DNA from: Gammaproteobacteria bacterium
GTDB taxonomy: Bacteria > Pseudomonadota > Gammaproteobacteria > SZUA-229
NCBI GenBank assembly: GCA_022340645.1
Contig: JAJDNP010000153.1
Location: 6,422-70,421 of the forward strand
Reading direction: 5' to 3'
Length of the DNA stretch: 64,000 nucleotides
In this document: positions 9,520-19,092 of the stretch, one piece after another
How the letters are laid out: each line of letters begins with the position of its first letter
Position numbering within the stretch: position 1 is the first letter of the stretch
Notes under the pieces: generated by a model
The model's input: the letters and a program-made list of their open reading frames with translations, nothing else
Told to the model about the DNA's origin: nothing
Databases searched by the model: none
Position numbers and translations under genes: made by a program

Positions 9520-10443
9520 TCAAAGAAGTTTCACGCAGCTAAGGTTACATTCATTAACTGCGCTGGTGATGATATCAATCACTTTCGGCCGGGTGAAAGA
9601 TACCCGCCACGCCAGGGCCACGGTGCGGCTGGGTATGGGGTTACTGAAGCGGCGAATAGCCAGCAAGCGTTGCGTATAAGAATGCGCCCCCGCGGCAGTG
9701 CAGGGCAGGACTGTTATGCCCAGTCCCGACACCACCATATGCCTTATTGTTTCCAGCGAACTGCCCTCCACGGTATGCGGCAGGTCGCCCTTTAACCCCG
9801 GCTTGGGTACGCAGGCCGGGCAGGCTTCAAGTACATGGTCACGGAAGCAGTGGCCCTTGCCCAGTAACAGCACGTTTTCATTTTCCAGCATACTGGAATT
9901 GATTGTTTTACATACGCAGAGCGGGTGTGATGCCGGCAGCAGAACAACAAATGGCTCCTTGTATAACGGCCTGCAGACGATGCCGTGCTCATCATAAGGC
10001 AGGGCGATGAAGATCAGGTCAAGCTTGCCGCTCTTCAGTTTTTCCGTTAGCACCGAGGTATAGTTTTCTTCAACGATCAGCGGCATTTCCGGAGCGGCGG
10101 AACGTATCAATGGTATGAGTTCCGGATAGAGATAAGGACCGATGGTATGGATCGCTCCAATCTTTAACGGGCCGGACAGCTGGTTTTTCCCCTGCTGTGC
10201 AATCTGCCTGACGCCTTCCGCTGCTTCCAGCGTCTGTTGCGCCTGCTCGACAATGCGCTCACCGATGGGTGACAGGCGTATCTCGTTACTGCCGCGTTCG
10301 AAGATGGCAACACCGAGTTCGTCTTCCAGCTTTTTAATTGCGACGCTTAGCGTCGGCTGGCTGACATTGCAGGCCTGAGCCGCCCTGCCGAAATGGTGCT
10401 CGCGCGCCACGGCGATAATGTAACGTAGTTCAGTCAGGGTCAT
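9520..10443 (-). CDS. oxyR: LysR-family hydrogen peroxide-sensing transcriptional regulator OxyR
   Basis: 307-aa ORF; N-terminal HTH (VSQPTLSVAIKKLEDELGV) and the redox Cys pair in the OxyR-specific context GHCFRDHVLEAC (Cys i / i+9 as C199/C208 of E. coli OxyR) followed by SLETIRHMVVSGLGITVLP. Confidence 0.85.
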   Translation of the reverse strand: MTLTELRYIIAVAREHHFGRAAQACNVSQPTLSVAIKKLEDELGVAIFERGSNEIRLSPIGERIVEQAQQTLEAAEGVRQIAQQGKNQLSGPLKIGAIHTIGPYLYPELIPLIRSAAPEMPLIVEENYTSVLTEKLKSGKLDLIFIALPYDEHGIVCRPLYKEPFVVLLPASHPLCVCKTINSSMLENENVLLLGKGHCFRDHVLEACPACVPKPGLKGDLPHTVEGSSLETIRHMVVSGLGITVLPCTAAGAHSYTQRLLAIRRFSNPIPSRTVALAWRVSFTRPKVIDIITSAVNECNLSCVKLL

Positions 10444-10913
10444 GCGGCAATTCTATTCGATAGATGAATATTATCAAAGGATAATAATCGCTTTCTCATT
10501 GCCACTGGCTGCAAGTCTCGCTGTCAGTGCGAATGAGTTTACCGCTGCCGATGAGCAGCGCCGGATGGATGAGTACATGGCGGGTGCTGAGCCACCATGG
10601 ATGGTTTTACGGCGTGTCACTGGAAGATGTATTCGCACAGTTCTTTGTCAGTTAACGTTATGCTGAGTAAATTTTTTTATAAGCGGTTGAACTTTTATTA
10701 AACATTCCTATCTCTAGTTCCATCTTTCGATAAACACTTTGTTCAGGAATTCCCCGCTAATTTTGGAGATCAAACAGTGGTTTTTACGTTCAGGTGGCAT
10801 CAACATTTTTCGAGACCTCCTCCAGCTTAGCTGCTGTTTTTCGCAACAGGTTAATCAGGGCATCTGCCCTGTTTGCTGAAATCAATTAATACTCTTTTAA
10901 ACGGGAGGCATTC

Positions 10914-11891
10914 ATGCTGGAGGTTAGCCAGATAACAAGAAGCTATGGCAATTTTAAAGCCGTGGATAATGTCAGTTTTTCAATCGGCAAAGGTGAAATC
11001 GTCGGCCTGCTTGGCCACAACGGGGCAGGCAAGACCACGATTCTGAAAATGATCAGCGGTTACCTGGAGCCGGACAATGGTTCAATTCATATTGACGGTA
11101 TCAGCCTGGCGGATGAGCTGAAGCAGGTGCAAACCGGGCTTGGCTACCTGCCCGAAAATCTTCCGGTCTATGCGGAAATGACTGTTGCTGATTACCTTGA
11201 TTATGCCGCAGACCTTAAGGGGCTGCTGGATAAAAATAAAAATGACGAGATTAAACGTGTCATTGCAGCCACCGAACTTTCCGGCAGGCTGCTGGCGCCG
11301 ATAGCAACCCTGTCCCGCGGATACAGGCAGCGTGTCGGTGTTGCACAGGCGATTCTCGGCAAACCCAAACTATTAATACTGGACGAGCCGACCAATGGCC
11401 TCGATCCGGAACAGACGCAGCACATGCGCGATCTTATCCGCGGCATTGCCAGTGATGCGACGGTGATTTTATCCACCCATATTATGCAGGAGGTCGATGC
11501 GCTGTGCTCCCGTGTATTGATGCTGAGTGCTGGCTCACTGGCTGTTGACGCCCGGCTGGAAGCGCTGAGGCACAGCAACCATTTACTGCTGGAAACCTCG
11601 ATGCCGGAAGCAGCGGCCCAGGCTTTAAAAACCATCGAAGCGATAGAAGACATTACCCTGGTTGAAACCATCGCAGGGGATAATGTCTCGTTTAGCTACC
11701 GTATCGAGACGCAATCGCCAGAAGCGCAGAGAAATGCCAGTGCCGAACTGGCGGCGAAAATCATCCAGTCGGGTGAGAAACTCTATCGCCTGTTGCCGGA
11801 GAGAAGAGACCTGGAAACCCTGTTCAGGGAGGTCAATGAACAGCGTTATCGGCAGGATTCTTTGCAGGAGGGCCTGAGCCATGCCGCATGA
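10914..11891 (+). CDS. ABC transporter ATP-binding protein (GldA-like, ABC-2 exporter type)
   Basis: Walker A GHNGAGKTT, signature LSRGYRQRV, Walker B LLILDEPTNGLD; 325 aa with C-terminal extension; 11-nt overlap with downstream permease. Confidence 0.9.
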   Translation: MLEVSQITRSYGNFKAVDNVSFSIGKGEIVGLLGHNGAGKTTILKMISGYLEPDNGSIHIDGISLADELKQVQTGLGYLPENLPVYAEMTVADYLDYAADLKGLLDKNKNDEIKRVIAATELSGRLLAPIATLSRGYRQRVGVAQAILGKPKLLILDEPTNGLDPEQTQHMRDLIRGIASDATVILSTHIMQEVDALCSRVLMLSAGSLAVDARLEALRHSNHLLLETSMPEAAAQALKTIEAIEDITLVETIAGDNVSFSYRIETQSPEAQRNASAELAAKIIQSGEKLYRLLPERRDLETLFREVNEQRYRQDSLQEGLSHAA

Positions 11892-14826
11892 TATTCAGCC
11901 GAAATTAACCATACGACGCATTGCCCTGAAAGAGATAACACTGTTTTTTGCGTCCCCCATTGCCTACCTGTTCCTGGGGACATTTGCAGCGATTACCCTG
12001 TTTGTCTTTTTCTGGGGAGAGTCCTTTTTTGCACGCAACATCGCCGATGTGCGGCCGCTGTTTGAGTGGATGCCGGTGCTGCTGATTTTTCTTAGCGCCA
12101 CCCTGACCATGCGCCTGTGGAGTGAAGAACGCCGCAGCGGCACGCTGGAATACGTGCTCACCCAGGCAGCGCCATTGTGGCATTTTGTTGCAGGTAAATT
12201 CATTGCCTGTCTTTTTCTGCTGGTTGTGGCGCTGATAGTGACGCTGCCATTGCCGGTTACCGTCGCCATTATCGGCAAGCTCGACTGGGGGCCGGTGCTG
12301 GCGGGTTATCTCGCCACGCTGTTGATGGGTGCGGCCTACCTGAGTATCGGTTTATTCGTCTCGGCGCGCAGTGATAACCAGATTATCAGCCTGATTGTCG
12401 CCAGCCTGGTCAGCGGCATGTTTTACCTTGTGGGTACGCCGACCATTACCGACTTCTTTGGCAACCAGGCAGGTGAGTGGCTGCGGCTGCTCGGCATGGG
12501 TTCGCGTTTTGAAGCCATTACCCGCGGTGTGCTGGACCTCAGGGATCTCTATTATTACATCAGCATCGTGCTGGTGTTTCTCTCGTTAAACACGCTGGTG
12601 CTGGAAAAAGAGCGCTGGACAACACATGGCCAGCGTGCGCATCACAAGCAGTGGCAGCTGGTGACCCTGCTGGTTGTGCTGAATGCACTGGTGGCGAATC
12701 TCTGGCTTGGCCAGATGAATAAATTACGGATCGATGTCACCGAGGGTGACCAGTATTCGATTTCGGATGCGACCCGGAGTTACCTGAGCCAGCTGCAGGA
12801 GCCATTATTAATCAGGGGTTATTTCAGCAGCAAGACGCACCCGCTGCTGGCGCCCCTGGTGCCGCAGATGCGCGATCTCATTCGTGAATATGAAATTGCG
12901 GGACAGGGCAGGCTGCGCGTGGAATTTGTCGATCCGACGACCGACCCGGAGGCGGAGAAAGAGGCCAATGAAAAATACGCCATCCAGCCGGTGCCTTTCC
13001 AGGTGGCCGACCGTTACCAGGCGTCCATCGTCAGCTCCTACTTTAATGTGCTGGTGCAGTACGGCGATGAATACCAGGTGCTGGGCTTTCGCGACCTGAT
13101 TGAAATCAAGGCGCGCAGTGAAACCGATATCGATGTGCAGTTGCGTAACCCTGAATATGACCTGACGCGCGCCATTAAAAAGGTGATCAACAGTTACCAG
13201 GCGGGCGGCAACCTGTTTGATACCGTGAAGGGGAAACTGGCATTCAACGGCTACTTCTCGGCGAATGACCGCTTGCCGGAAAAGCTGGCGGATTTTAAAC
13301 AGGACGTGCAGGGTGTGTTGAATGAATTCAAGACGCAGGCGGCGGGCCGGCTGTCGGTCAATATTGTTGATCCCGACGCGGACAACGGCAAGGTGGCACA
13401 GCAGATCAACGAGGATTACGGCTTCAAGCCCATGACCACCAACCTTCTAAGCGATGAAAAGTTTTACTTTTACATGACGCTGAGCAATGGCGATAATATC
13501 GTGCAGATCCCGTTTGGTGATATTTCAAAGGAGGAGTTCAGGCGAAATCTTGAAGCGGGCATCAAGCGCTTTGCCAGCGGTTTTACCAAAACGGTGGCGC
13601 TGGTAACGCCGAAAATCGATTATTCTGCCGGTAGGTACGGCCAAAGCGGCCCACGCTTTTCACAGCTGGAAACTTTTCTGGGCACCGACCTCAATGTCAA
13701 CCGGGAAGACTTGAGCGATGGTTCTGTCGCCGGTGATGCCGATGTACTGCTGCTGGCGGCGCCGAAAGACCTGGATGAAAAACAGCTGTTCGCGGTGGAC
13801 CAGTTTCTGATGCAGGGTGGCACGGTGATTGTTGCCAGCTCGCCCTACAGCGCCAGCCTGACCAACAGCAGTTTAACGGTACAGAAAAACCACAGCGGAC
13901 TGGAAAGCTGGCTGCAGCATAATGGCCTGGCTATCGAGGACAAACTGGTGCTTGATCCGCAGAACGCATCCTACCCGGTGCCGGTGGCACGTAATATCGG
14001 CGGCTTCCAGTTCCAGGAACTGCGCATGCTGGACTACCCTTATTTTGTTGATGTCCGGGACGATGGCTTGAATCAGGACAGCCTGATCACCTCTGAACTG
14101 CCGCAGGTGACCCTGGCCTGGGCATCACCCATCGATATCGATAAGGGAAAACAGGGCCAGCGCACCATCACCAGGCTGTTGAGCAGCAGTGACAAGGCCT
14201 GGCTGTCTTCCTCGCTGGATGTCATGCCAAAAGTGACCCGCCAGGGAATCAGCGCCTTTGTGCCGCAGGGCAGGCAGGCGGCACGCCTGCTAGGCGTTGT
14301 CAGCCAGGGCCGCTTCGATTCGTATTTCGCGGGCAAGGCCTCGCCGCTGATTGAAGAGGACAGGCCGGGCACAGCGAAAGACGATACAGAAAAAGACAGC
14401 ACAGGGAAAGACGATAGCGGGCAGAAAAAATCTGCACAGAAAACGACCGACAGTGCGTCGCTGCAGCTCGGCCGTGTTATCGCACGCTCCCCGGAGTCGT
14501 CCCGCATTATTCTGTTCAGCTCGAATGATTTTCTGCGCGACCAGGTTATCCAGCTCGCGGGCAGCGCCCAGCAGACGAAATACCTGAACACCCTGCAGCT
14601 GCTGGCCAACACGGTGGACTGGTCGCTGGAAGATGCCGGACTGCTGAGTATTCGTTCGCGGGGGCACTTCAACCGTACGCTGCCGCCAATGGAGCAGAGC
14701 ACCCGGATGTTCTGGGAGTATCTCAATTACGGCCTGGCGGCTTTCGCCCTGCTAATCATCGCGCTGCTGGAGCGCCGCATCCGACGTATGCGTCAACAGC
14801 GCTATGTTGAACTTCTGGCCAGCTAA
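11881..14826 (+). CDS. Fused ABC-2 type permease (GldF-like, N-terminal 6 TM) and GldG-like ABC-transport auxiliary domain
   Basis: 981-aa ORF: N-terminal ~240 aa polytopic ABC-2 permease, then large periplasmic GldG-like region, C-terminal TM anchor (LNYGLAAFALLIIALL); genomic linkage with ABC ATPase and DUF4340. Confidence 0.75.
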   Translation: MPHDIQPKLTIRRIALKEITLFFASPIAYLFLGTFAAITLFVFFWGESFFARNIADVRPLFEWMPVLLIFLSATLTMRLWSEERRSGTLEYVLTQAAPLWHFVAGKFIACLFLLVVALIVTLPLPVTVAIIGKLDWGPVLAGYLATLLMGAAYLSIGLFVSARSDNQIISLIVASLVSGMFYLVGTPTITDFFGNQAGEWLRLLGMGSRFEAITRGVLDLRDLYYYISIVLVFLSLNTLVLEKERWTTHGQRAHHKQWQLVTLLVVLNALVANLWLGQMNKLRIDVTEGDQYSISDATRSYLSQLQEPLLIRGYFSSKTHPLLAPLVPQMRDLIREYEIAGQGRLRVEFVDPTTDPEAEKEANEKYAIQPVPFQVADRYQASIVSSYFNVLVQYGDEYQVLGFRDLIEIKARSETDIDVQLRNPEYDLTRAIKKVINSYQAGGNLFDTVKGKLAFNGYFSANDRLPEKLADFKQDVQGVLNEFKTQAAGRLSVNIVDPDADNGKVAQQINEDYGFKPMTTNLLSDEKFYFYMTLSNGDNIVQIPFGDISKEEFRRNLEAGIKRFASGFTKTVALVTPKIDYSAGRYGQSGPRFSQLETFLGTDLNVNREDLSDGSVAGDADVLLLAAPKDLDEKQLFAVDQFLMQGGTVIVASSPYSASLTNSSLTVQKNHSGLESWLQHNGLAIEDKLVLDPQNASYPVPVARNIGGFQFQELRMLDYPYFVDVRDDGLNQDSLITSELPQVTLAWASPIDIDKGKQGQRTITRLLSSSDKAWLSSSLDVMPKVTRQGISAFVPQGRQAARLLGVVSQGRFDSYFAGKASPLIEEDRPGTAKDDTEKDSTGKDDSGQKKSAQKTTDSASLQLGRVIARSPESSRIILFSSNDFLRDQVIQLAGSAQQTKYLNTLQLLANTVDWSLEDAGLLSIRSRGHFNRTLPPMEQSTRMFWEYLNYGLAAFALLIIALLERRIRRMRQQRYVELLAS

Positions 14827-14837
14827 GGAGGTAAACA

Positions 14838-15806
14838 ATGAGCAAATCACGACTCTGGTTAAGCGGCCTGCTGCTACTGCAAATACTGCTGGCCACGGGC
14901 ATATTCATTTCCACCCGTTCTGCGCAGAGCGGTTATGAAGCCAGGCCGCTATTAGCCTTTGATCCGGCGGCAGTTAATAAAATCACCGTGAGCTCGAGTG
15001 ATGATGAAGTCACTTTACTAAAGAACCATGGCGGCTGGTCACTGCCTGGCCTGAAAGGTCTGCCCGCTAATGCGGGCAAGCTGCAGGCCGCGCTTGAGAA
15101 GCTTGCAGGCCTGCAGTCGACCTGGCCGGTGACGACCACGGCAGGCAGCCACGAGCGGTTTGAGGTGGCGGCGGACAAGTTCCAGCGCAGGCTAAGGCTT
15201 TATCAGCATGACAAACTTGCCGGTGAACTCTTCCTCGGCACATCACCAGGATTCAGAAAAGTGCATGTACGGCCGTCTGGCGACAACAACGTCTATGCCG
15301 TGGCGATTAACACCTATGACTTCCCGGCCAGGGAGCAGGACTGGCTGGATAAAGAGCTGCTTGCAGTGAAAGATGTTGCGGCAATCAGCGGTCCTGACTA
15401 TGCGCTGATAAAAAAGGACAGGCAATGGCAGTTTGAAGATACCCAAAAACCTGACGAAAACTCCGAGCTTGATGCCGGCAAGGCTGGGCAGCTTGGCGAG
15501 GCGCTGGCTTCCCTGCGTGTCACCGGTGTGGCCGATAAAGCGCCCGAGTTTACCGCGGAAAACACGGTCACGCTTGATGTCACAGGCCAGGCAGCAGGTA
15601 AGGAAAAATGGCAGTTTCAGCTGCTGAAGAAAGATAACCAGTATTATGTAAAACGCAATGACAGGGAACAGGTTTTCACCCTGAGCCAGTATGATTACGA
15701 TCATTTGGCCGGAGTAAAGATGGCGGACCTCAAGGTGGCGAAGAAGCAACATTTGCAGGAAGATGCTGTCAAACCAGTTGTTAGCAATGCTGTAGAGGGA
15801 GGGTAA
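14838..15806 (+). CDS. DUF4340 domain protein (periplasmic partner of GldG-type ABC systems)
   Basis: 322-aa ORF with strong SD (AAGGAGG), N-terminal signal/anchor; position immediately downstream of GldG-like gene matches conserved arrangement. Confidence 0.6.
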   Translation: MSKSRLWLSGLLLLQILLATGIFISTRSAQSGYEARPLLAFDPAAVNKITVSSSDDEVTLLKNHGGWSLPGLKGLPANAGKLQAALEKLAGLQSTWPVTTTAGSHERFEVAADKFQRRLRLYQHDKLAGELFLGTSPGFRKVHVRPSGDNNVYAVAINTYDFPAREQDWLDKELLAVKDVAAISGPDYALIKKDRQWQFEDTQKPDENSELDAGKAGQLGEALASLRVTGVADKAPEFTAENTVTLDVTGQAAGKEKWQFQLLKKDNQYYVKRNDREQVFTLSQYDYDHLAGVKMADLKVAKKQHLQEDAVKPVVSNAVEGG

Positions 15807-15949
15807 TGGGCTTTATGCAGTGTTGTCAGTGCTTCACCTTTGGTGCTTGCCCATGATTGCCGCCATACACCGGTGGCTGCTGCACGACTGCCAATTCAGA
15901 ATTTTTACGAATTATTTTATAATATTTTACTCAGTACGAGGTGTATGAG

Positions 15950-17314
15950 ATGACTAAAAAACTGGTCTCGTTTCTATTTATCCTGCTCTATAGCCTGTGG
16001 ATGCAATCAGCAATTGCGGCAATACCAATGGTCGATGCAGAGGGCAAACCCTTCCCGTCTTTGGCGCCGATGCTTAAAAATGTTATTCCGGCAGTGGTGA
16101 ATATTTCGACAACATCTAAACAGCAAAACAAAACCAATCCCCTGTTAAACGATCCTTTTTTCAGGCGTTTCTTTAATATTCCTGAGCACCAGTACCGGGG
16201 AGAGTCGCCGCAGATGCAGCGCAGTGCAGGCTCGGGTGCCATTGTTAATGCGGCCGACGGTATTGTCATGACCAACTATCACGTGGTCGACGGTGCAGAC
16301 GAAGTCCAGGTATCGTTGATTGACGGCAGGAGTTTTAAGGCGGAAGTCATCGGCACCGATCCGGAAGTGGATATCGCGGTAGTGAAAATTGATGCAGGTG
16401 ATTTAAAGCAGGTAAGCATCGCTGATTCCAGTTCGCTGGAGGTGGGTGATTTTGTGGTAGCCATCGGTAACCCGTTTGGACTGGGGCAGACCGTGACAAC
16501 CGGTATTGTCAGCGCACTCGGCCGCAGCGGCCTGGGCATAGAAAGCTATGAAAACTTCATCCAGACAGATGCCTCGATCAATCCCGGAAACTCGGGTGGT
16601 GCGCTGGTTAATTTAAAGGGCGAGCTTGTCGGTCTCAATACCGCGATTATCGCATCCGGCGGCGGCAATGTCGGTATCGGCTTTGCAATACCGGTCAATA
16701 TGGCGAGAGCGAGTATGGACCAGATCATTCGGCATGGCGAAGTTAAACGCGGCCAGATCGGTATTGGCATACAGGATATCACGCCTGATTTAAGGCAGGC
16801 TTTTAACCTGGAGAACGGCCTGGCAGGCGTGCTGGTCACCCGGGTCATTGAAGATTCACCTGCAGAAGGCGCCGGACTGAAGTCCGGTGATATTGTACTC
16901 GAAGTCGACGGCAGTGCTGTGCGTTCGGCCAGTGAGCTGCGAAACCGTGTTGGCATGAAAGCCATCGGTGAAAAAGTTCAGCTGAAGTTTTTACGCAATG
17001 GCGATGAAAAAACTGTTGATGTAAAAGTCGGCGAACCTGTCGCCCTGAATGCCACCGATGCAACGCTTCACCCGCTGCTCGCCGGGGTCACGTTCGAGAA
17101 CGATCCTGATGGCAAAGGCGTTCGCGTGGCCGGTATACAGGCAGACTCGCCTGCCATGTACAGCGGACTGCAGACGGGTGATGTTATCGTGTCCGCCAAC
17201 AGACAACCGGTTACAGACCTGCTTTCGTTAAAGCAGGCACTGGAGCGCAGCAAAAACTCGTTGCTGCTGCACATTAACCGTAAGGGCGGCTCATTATTTA
17301 TAGTTATTCGTTAG
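15950..17314 (+). CDS. degQ: Periplasmic serine endoprotease DegQ/DegP (HtrA family, trypsin domain + 2 PDZ)
   Basis: Catalytic triad context (TNYHVVDGA, DIAVVKID, GNSGGALVN) plus two PDZ segments; ORF track start 15941 is GTG, first ATG at 15950 has GAGGTG 6 nt upstream. Confidence 0.9.
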   Translation: MTKKLVSFLFILLYSLWMQSAIAAIPMVDAEGKPFPSLAPMLKNVIPAVVNISTTSKQQNKTNPLLNDPFFRRFFNIPEHQYRGESPQMQRSAGSGAIVNAADGIVMTNYHVVDGADEVQVSLIDGRSFKAEVIGTDPEVDIAVVKIDAGDLKQVSIADSSSLEVGDFVVAIGNPFGLGQTVTTGIVSALGRSGLGIESYENFIQTDASINPGNSGGALVNLKGELVGLNTAIIASGGGNVGIGFAIPVNMARASMDQIIRHGEVKRGQIGIGIQDITPDLRQAFNLENGLAGVLVTRVIEDSPAEGAGLKSGDIVLEVDGSAVRSASELRNRVGMKAIGEKVQLKFLRNGDEKTVDVKVGEPVALNATDATLHPLLAGVTFENDPDGKGVRVAGIQADSPAMYSGLQTGDVIVSANRQPVTDLLSLKQALERSKNSLLLHINRKGGSLFIVIR

Positions 17315-17388
17315 TGTTTAAGATATTAACTAATAGTAACTCGAATATAGTCTGCAATTTACAAGCTAAAAACTTTTTAACAGCTGAG

Positions 17389-17447
17389 GCGCGGAGACGC
17401 AGAGTTATTTATAAATATAGAGCTGATGTTTGCTCTGCGTCTGCGCA
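17389..17447. repeat. Long inverted repeat / stem-loop (14-bp arms GCGCGGAGACGCAGAG ... CTCTGCGTCTGCGC, ~30-nt AT-rich loop)
   Basis: Read directly in the degQ 3' intergenic region. Confidence 0.5.
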
Positions 17448-17504
17448 CGAAACTGTTTCGTTAAAGCTCATGCGGTAAAACATCGAACATAAAACAACAG
17501 GCAG

Positions 17505-17531
17505 AAAAACCGGGTGCTTTACCGGTTTTGT
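17505..17531. terminator. Bidirectional rho-independent terminator between convergent degQ and TPR genes
   Basis: aaaaCCGGgtgctttaCCGGtttt: 8-bp perfect stem-loop with A-run upstream and T-run downstream, serving both strands. Confidence 0.65.
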
Positions 17532-17553
17532 TTCCTTCGGCACACATGGCGCG

Positions 17554-18861
17554 TTATTTTTTACCGGTCTGGCGCGCACGTTCGAGCCGGTTTCTGAAAC
17601 CGGCGGGTATATGCATGCCAAGTTTCTCTGCTTCAGCCAGCTGCTGGAATGCCTGGTCGAACTGTTTGAGGTCGGCATATACCCTTATCAGATCGATTCG
17701 CATTTCAGCGGAGCTGCTGTTTATTTTTACCGCCTGCTGTAACAGGTCCCGGCCACGGGATAAATTACCTTCGCCTGCTGCTATTATGCCGAGGCCATGC
17801 AGTGCCCGGCTTTTGAGGTTGTCCTTGCCGGCATGGTCCAGTACCCACTGGTAATTTGCACCGGCATCCGGTTTGCGGGTGATGAACTGCAGATTTGCAA
17901 GCCCGAGCCGGTATACTGTGATGTCCGGATATTCCTGGATCAGTTCATTAAATATTTTTTCGGCTTCATCATAGCGACGTAAAATGGTTAGAACCATGGC
18001 GTAATTCGACTTGCCTTCGACTGTCAGATTATAGTGCTGTTTCAGCAGGCTGTATAAGTGCTCGGCTTTACGCCATTTGTGATTGCGCATGTACATGCGA
18101 GCGATTTCATGCATGTTGGCGGGCAACCGGCTTCTGCTTAGCGTTTCCGCCTTTATACTGCTCGGATAAACAATGTCGCCTTCATCTGTTGCCTGGCTGG
18201 CTGACGGGATGAGACTTTGATCGATATCGGTATATTTTGCTATCTGTAATAACCTGGCCCTGATCCGTGAGGAAGTCGGGGCAAGCTGTGCTGCTTTGAG
18301 CATATATTTTTTGCTGGCTGCATACTGCCTGTCAGTCATCAGCAGCTGAGCGTAATAATAATTCGTATATAGATTATCCGGCGCGAGCTCATAGGCTTTT
18401 TGTATCGCGCTGATCGCCCTGTCCAGTTCCCCAACCGAGGCATAGGTTTCGGCCAGCAGGTAACAGACGTCAAGCGAAGACGGTTTCAGCTTATAAGCCG
18501 CTTCGATATATGCGATGGTTTTATCACTTGAGTCCAGTAAGGTTATATAAGCCAGCAGGTATGGCCATACATGGTTTTCAGGATCCAGCGAGCGGGCGTT
18601 CTGCAATGCGGGGATTGCTTCGGAGCGCAGGCGGTTAGCATACAATATCTTGCCGTATTCTCCCCAGTCATCCGCTGACTGTTTTCCGGAAACGAGATTT
18701 TCGTATGCTTTCTCTATGGTTTGTTTTACCAGTGGCGGCGTGTTGTCGAGCGCCGGTAAATGTGCTTCGTGCAGTTGTTCACCGCTGGCGGCAAAAATAC
18801 ATAAGGAAAGCAATAATCCTGCTAACAGCAGTACTTTCGGTAGATATCTGTGTGATAGCAT
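17554..18861 (-). CDS. Secreted tetratricopeptide-repeat (TPR) protein
   Basis: 435-aa ORF with N-terminal signal peptide (MLSHRYLPKVLLLAGLLLSLCIFAAS) and repeated 34-residue A/Y/L-rich TPR-like units throughout. Confidence 0.7.
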   Translation of the reverse strand: MLSHRYLPKVLLLAGLLLSLCIFAASGEQLHEAHLPALDNTPPLVKQTIEKAYENLVSGKQSADDWGEYGKILYANRLRSEAIPALQNARSLDPENHVWPYLLAYITLLDSSDKTIAYIEAAYKLKPSSLDVCYLLAETYASVGELDRAISAIQKAYELAPDNLYTNYYYAQLLMTDRQYAASKKYMLKAAQLAPTSSRIRARLLQIAKYTDIDQSLIPSASQATDEGDIVYPSSIKAETLSRSRLPANMHEIARMYMRNHKWRKAEHLYSLLKQHYNLTVEGKSNYAMVLTILRRYDEAEKIFNELIQEYPDITVYRLGLANLQFITRKPDAGANYQWVLDHAGKDNLKSRALHGLGIIAAGEGNLSRGRDLLQQAVKINSSSAEMRIDLIRVYADLKQFDQAFQQLAEAEKLGMHIPAGFRNRLERARQTGKK

Positions 18862-19092
18862 CGTAATTTCAGAGACATTAACAGTTCCTTCGGTCTGACA
18901 GGGGGCGTATATATTGTCGCCGGGATAATACTAGGCCAGTTTTATGTATTAGTAAATTGGCAGGCGCCGCTGGCGCTATGGCTTTGAAATATGAAAAAAG
19001 CCCGGCATGCCTGCACCGTTTGTTAAAAATTATGATCCGTGTAAATATTTTTTTATGATAATTAATCAAAGTTACCTTAAAATAATCAGGCT

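Noticed and set aside
14073-14726. Antisense ORFs (217 and 125 aa) within the GldG-like gene
   Set aside because: Overlap entirely with the conserved ABC permease/GldG ORF on the opposite strand; no independent support.
16546-16965. 139-aa minus-strand ORF inside degQ (plus several 60-95 aa ones)
   Set aside because: Antisense to the HtrA gene with its catalytic motifs intact on the + strand; Ser/Pro/Ala-rich artefact.
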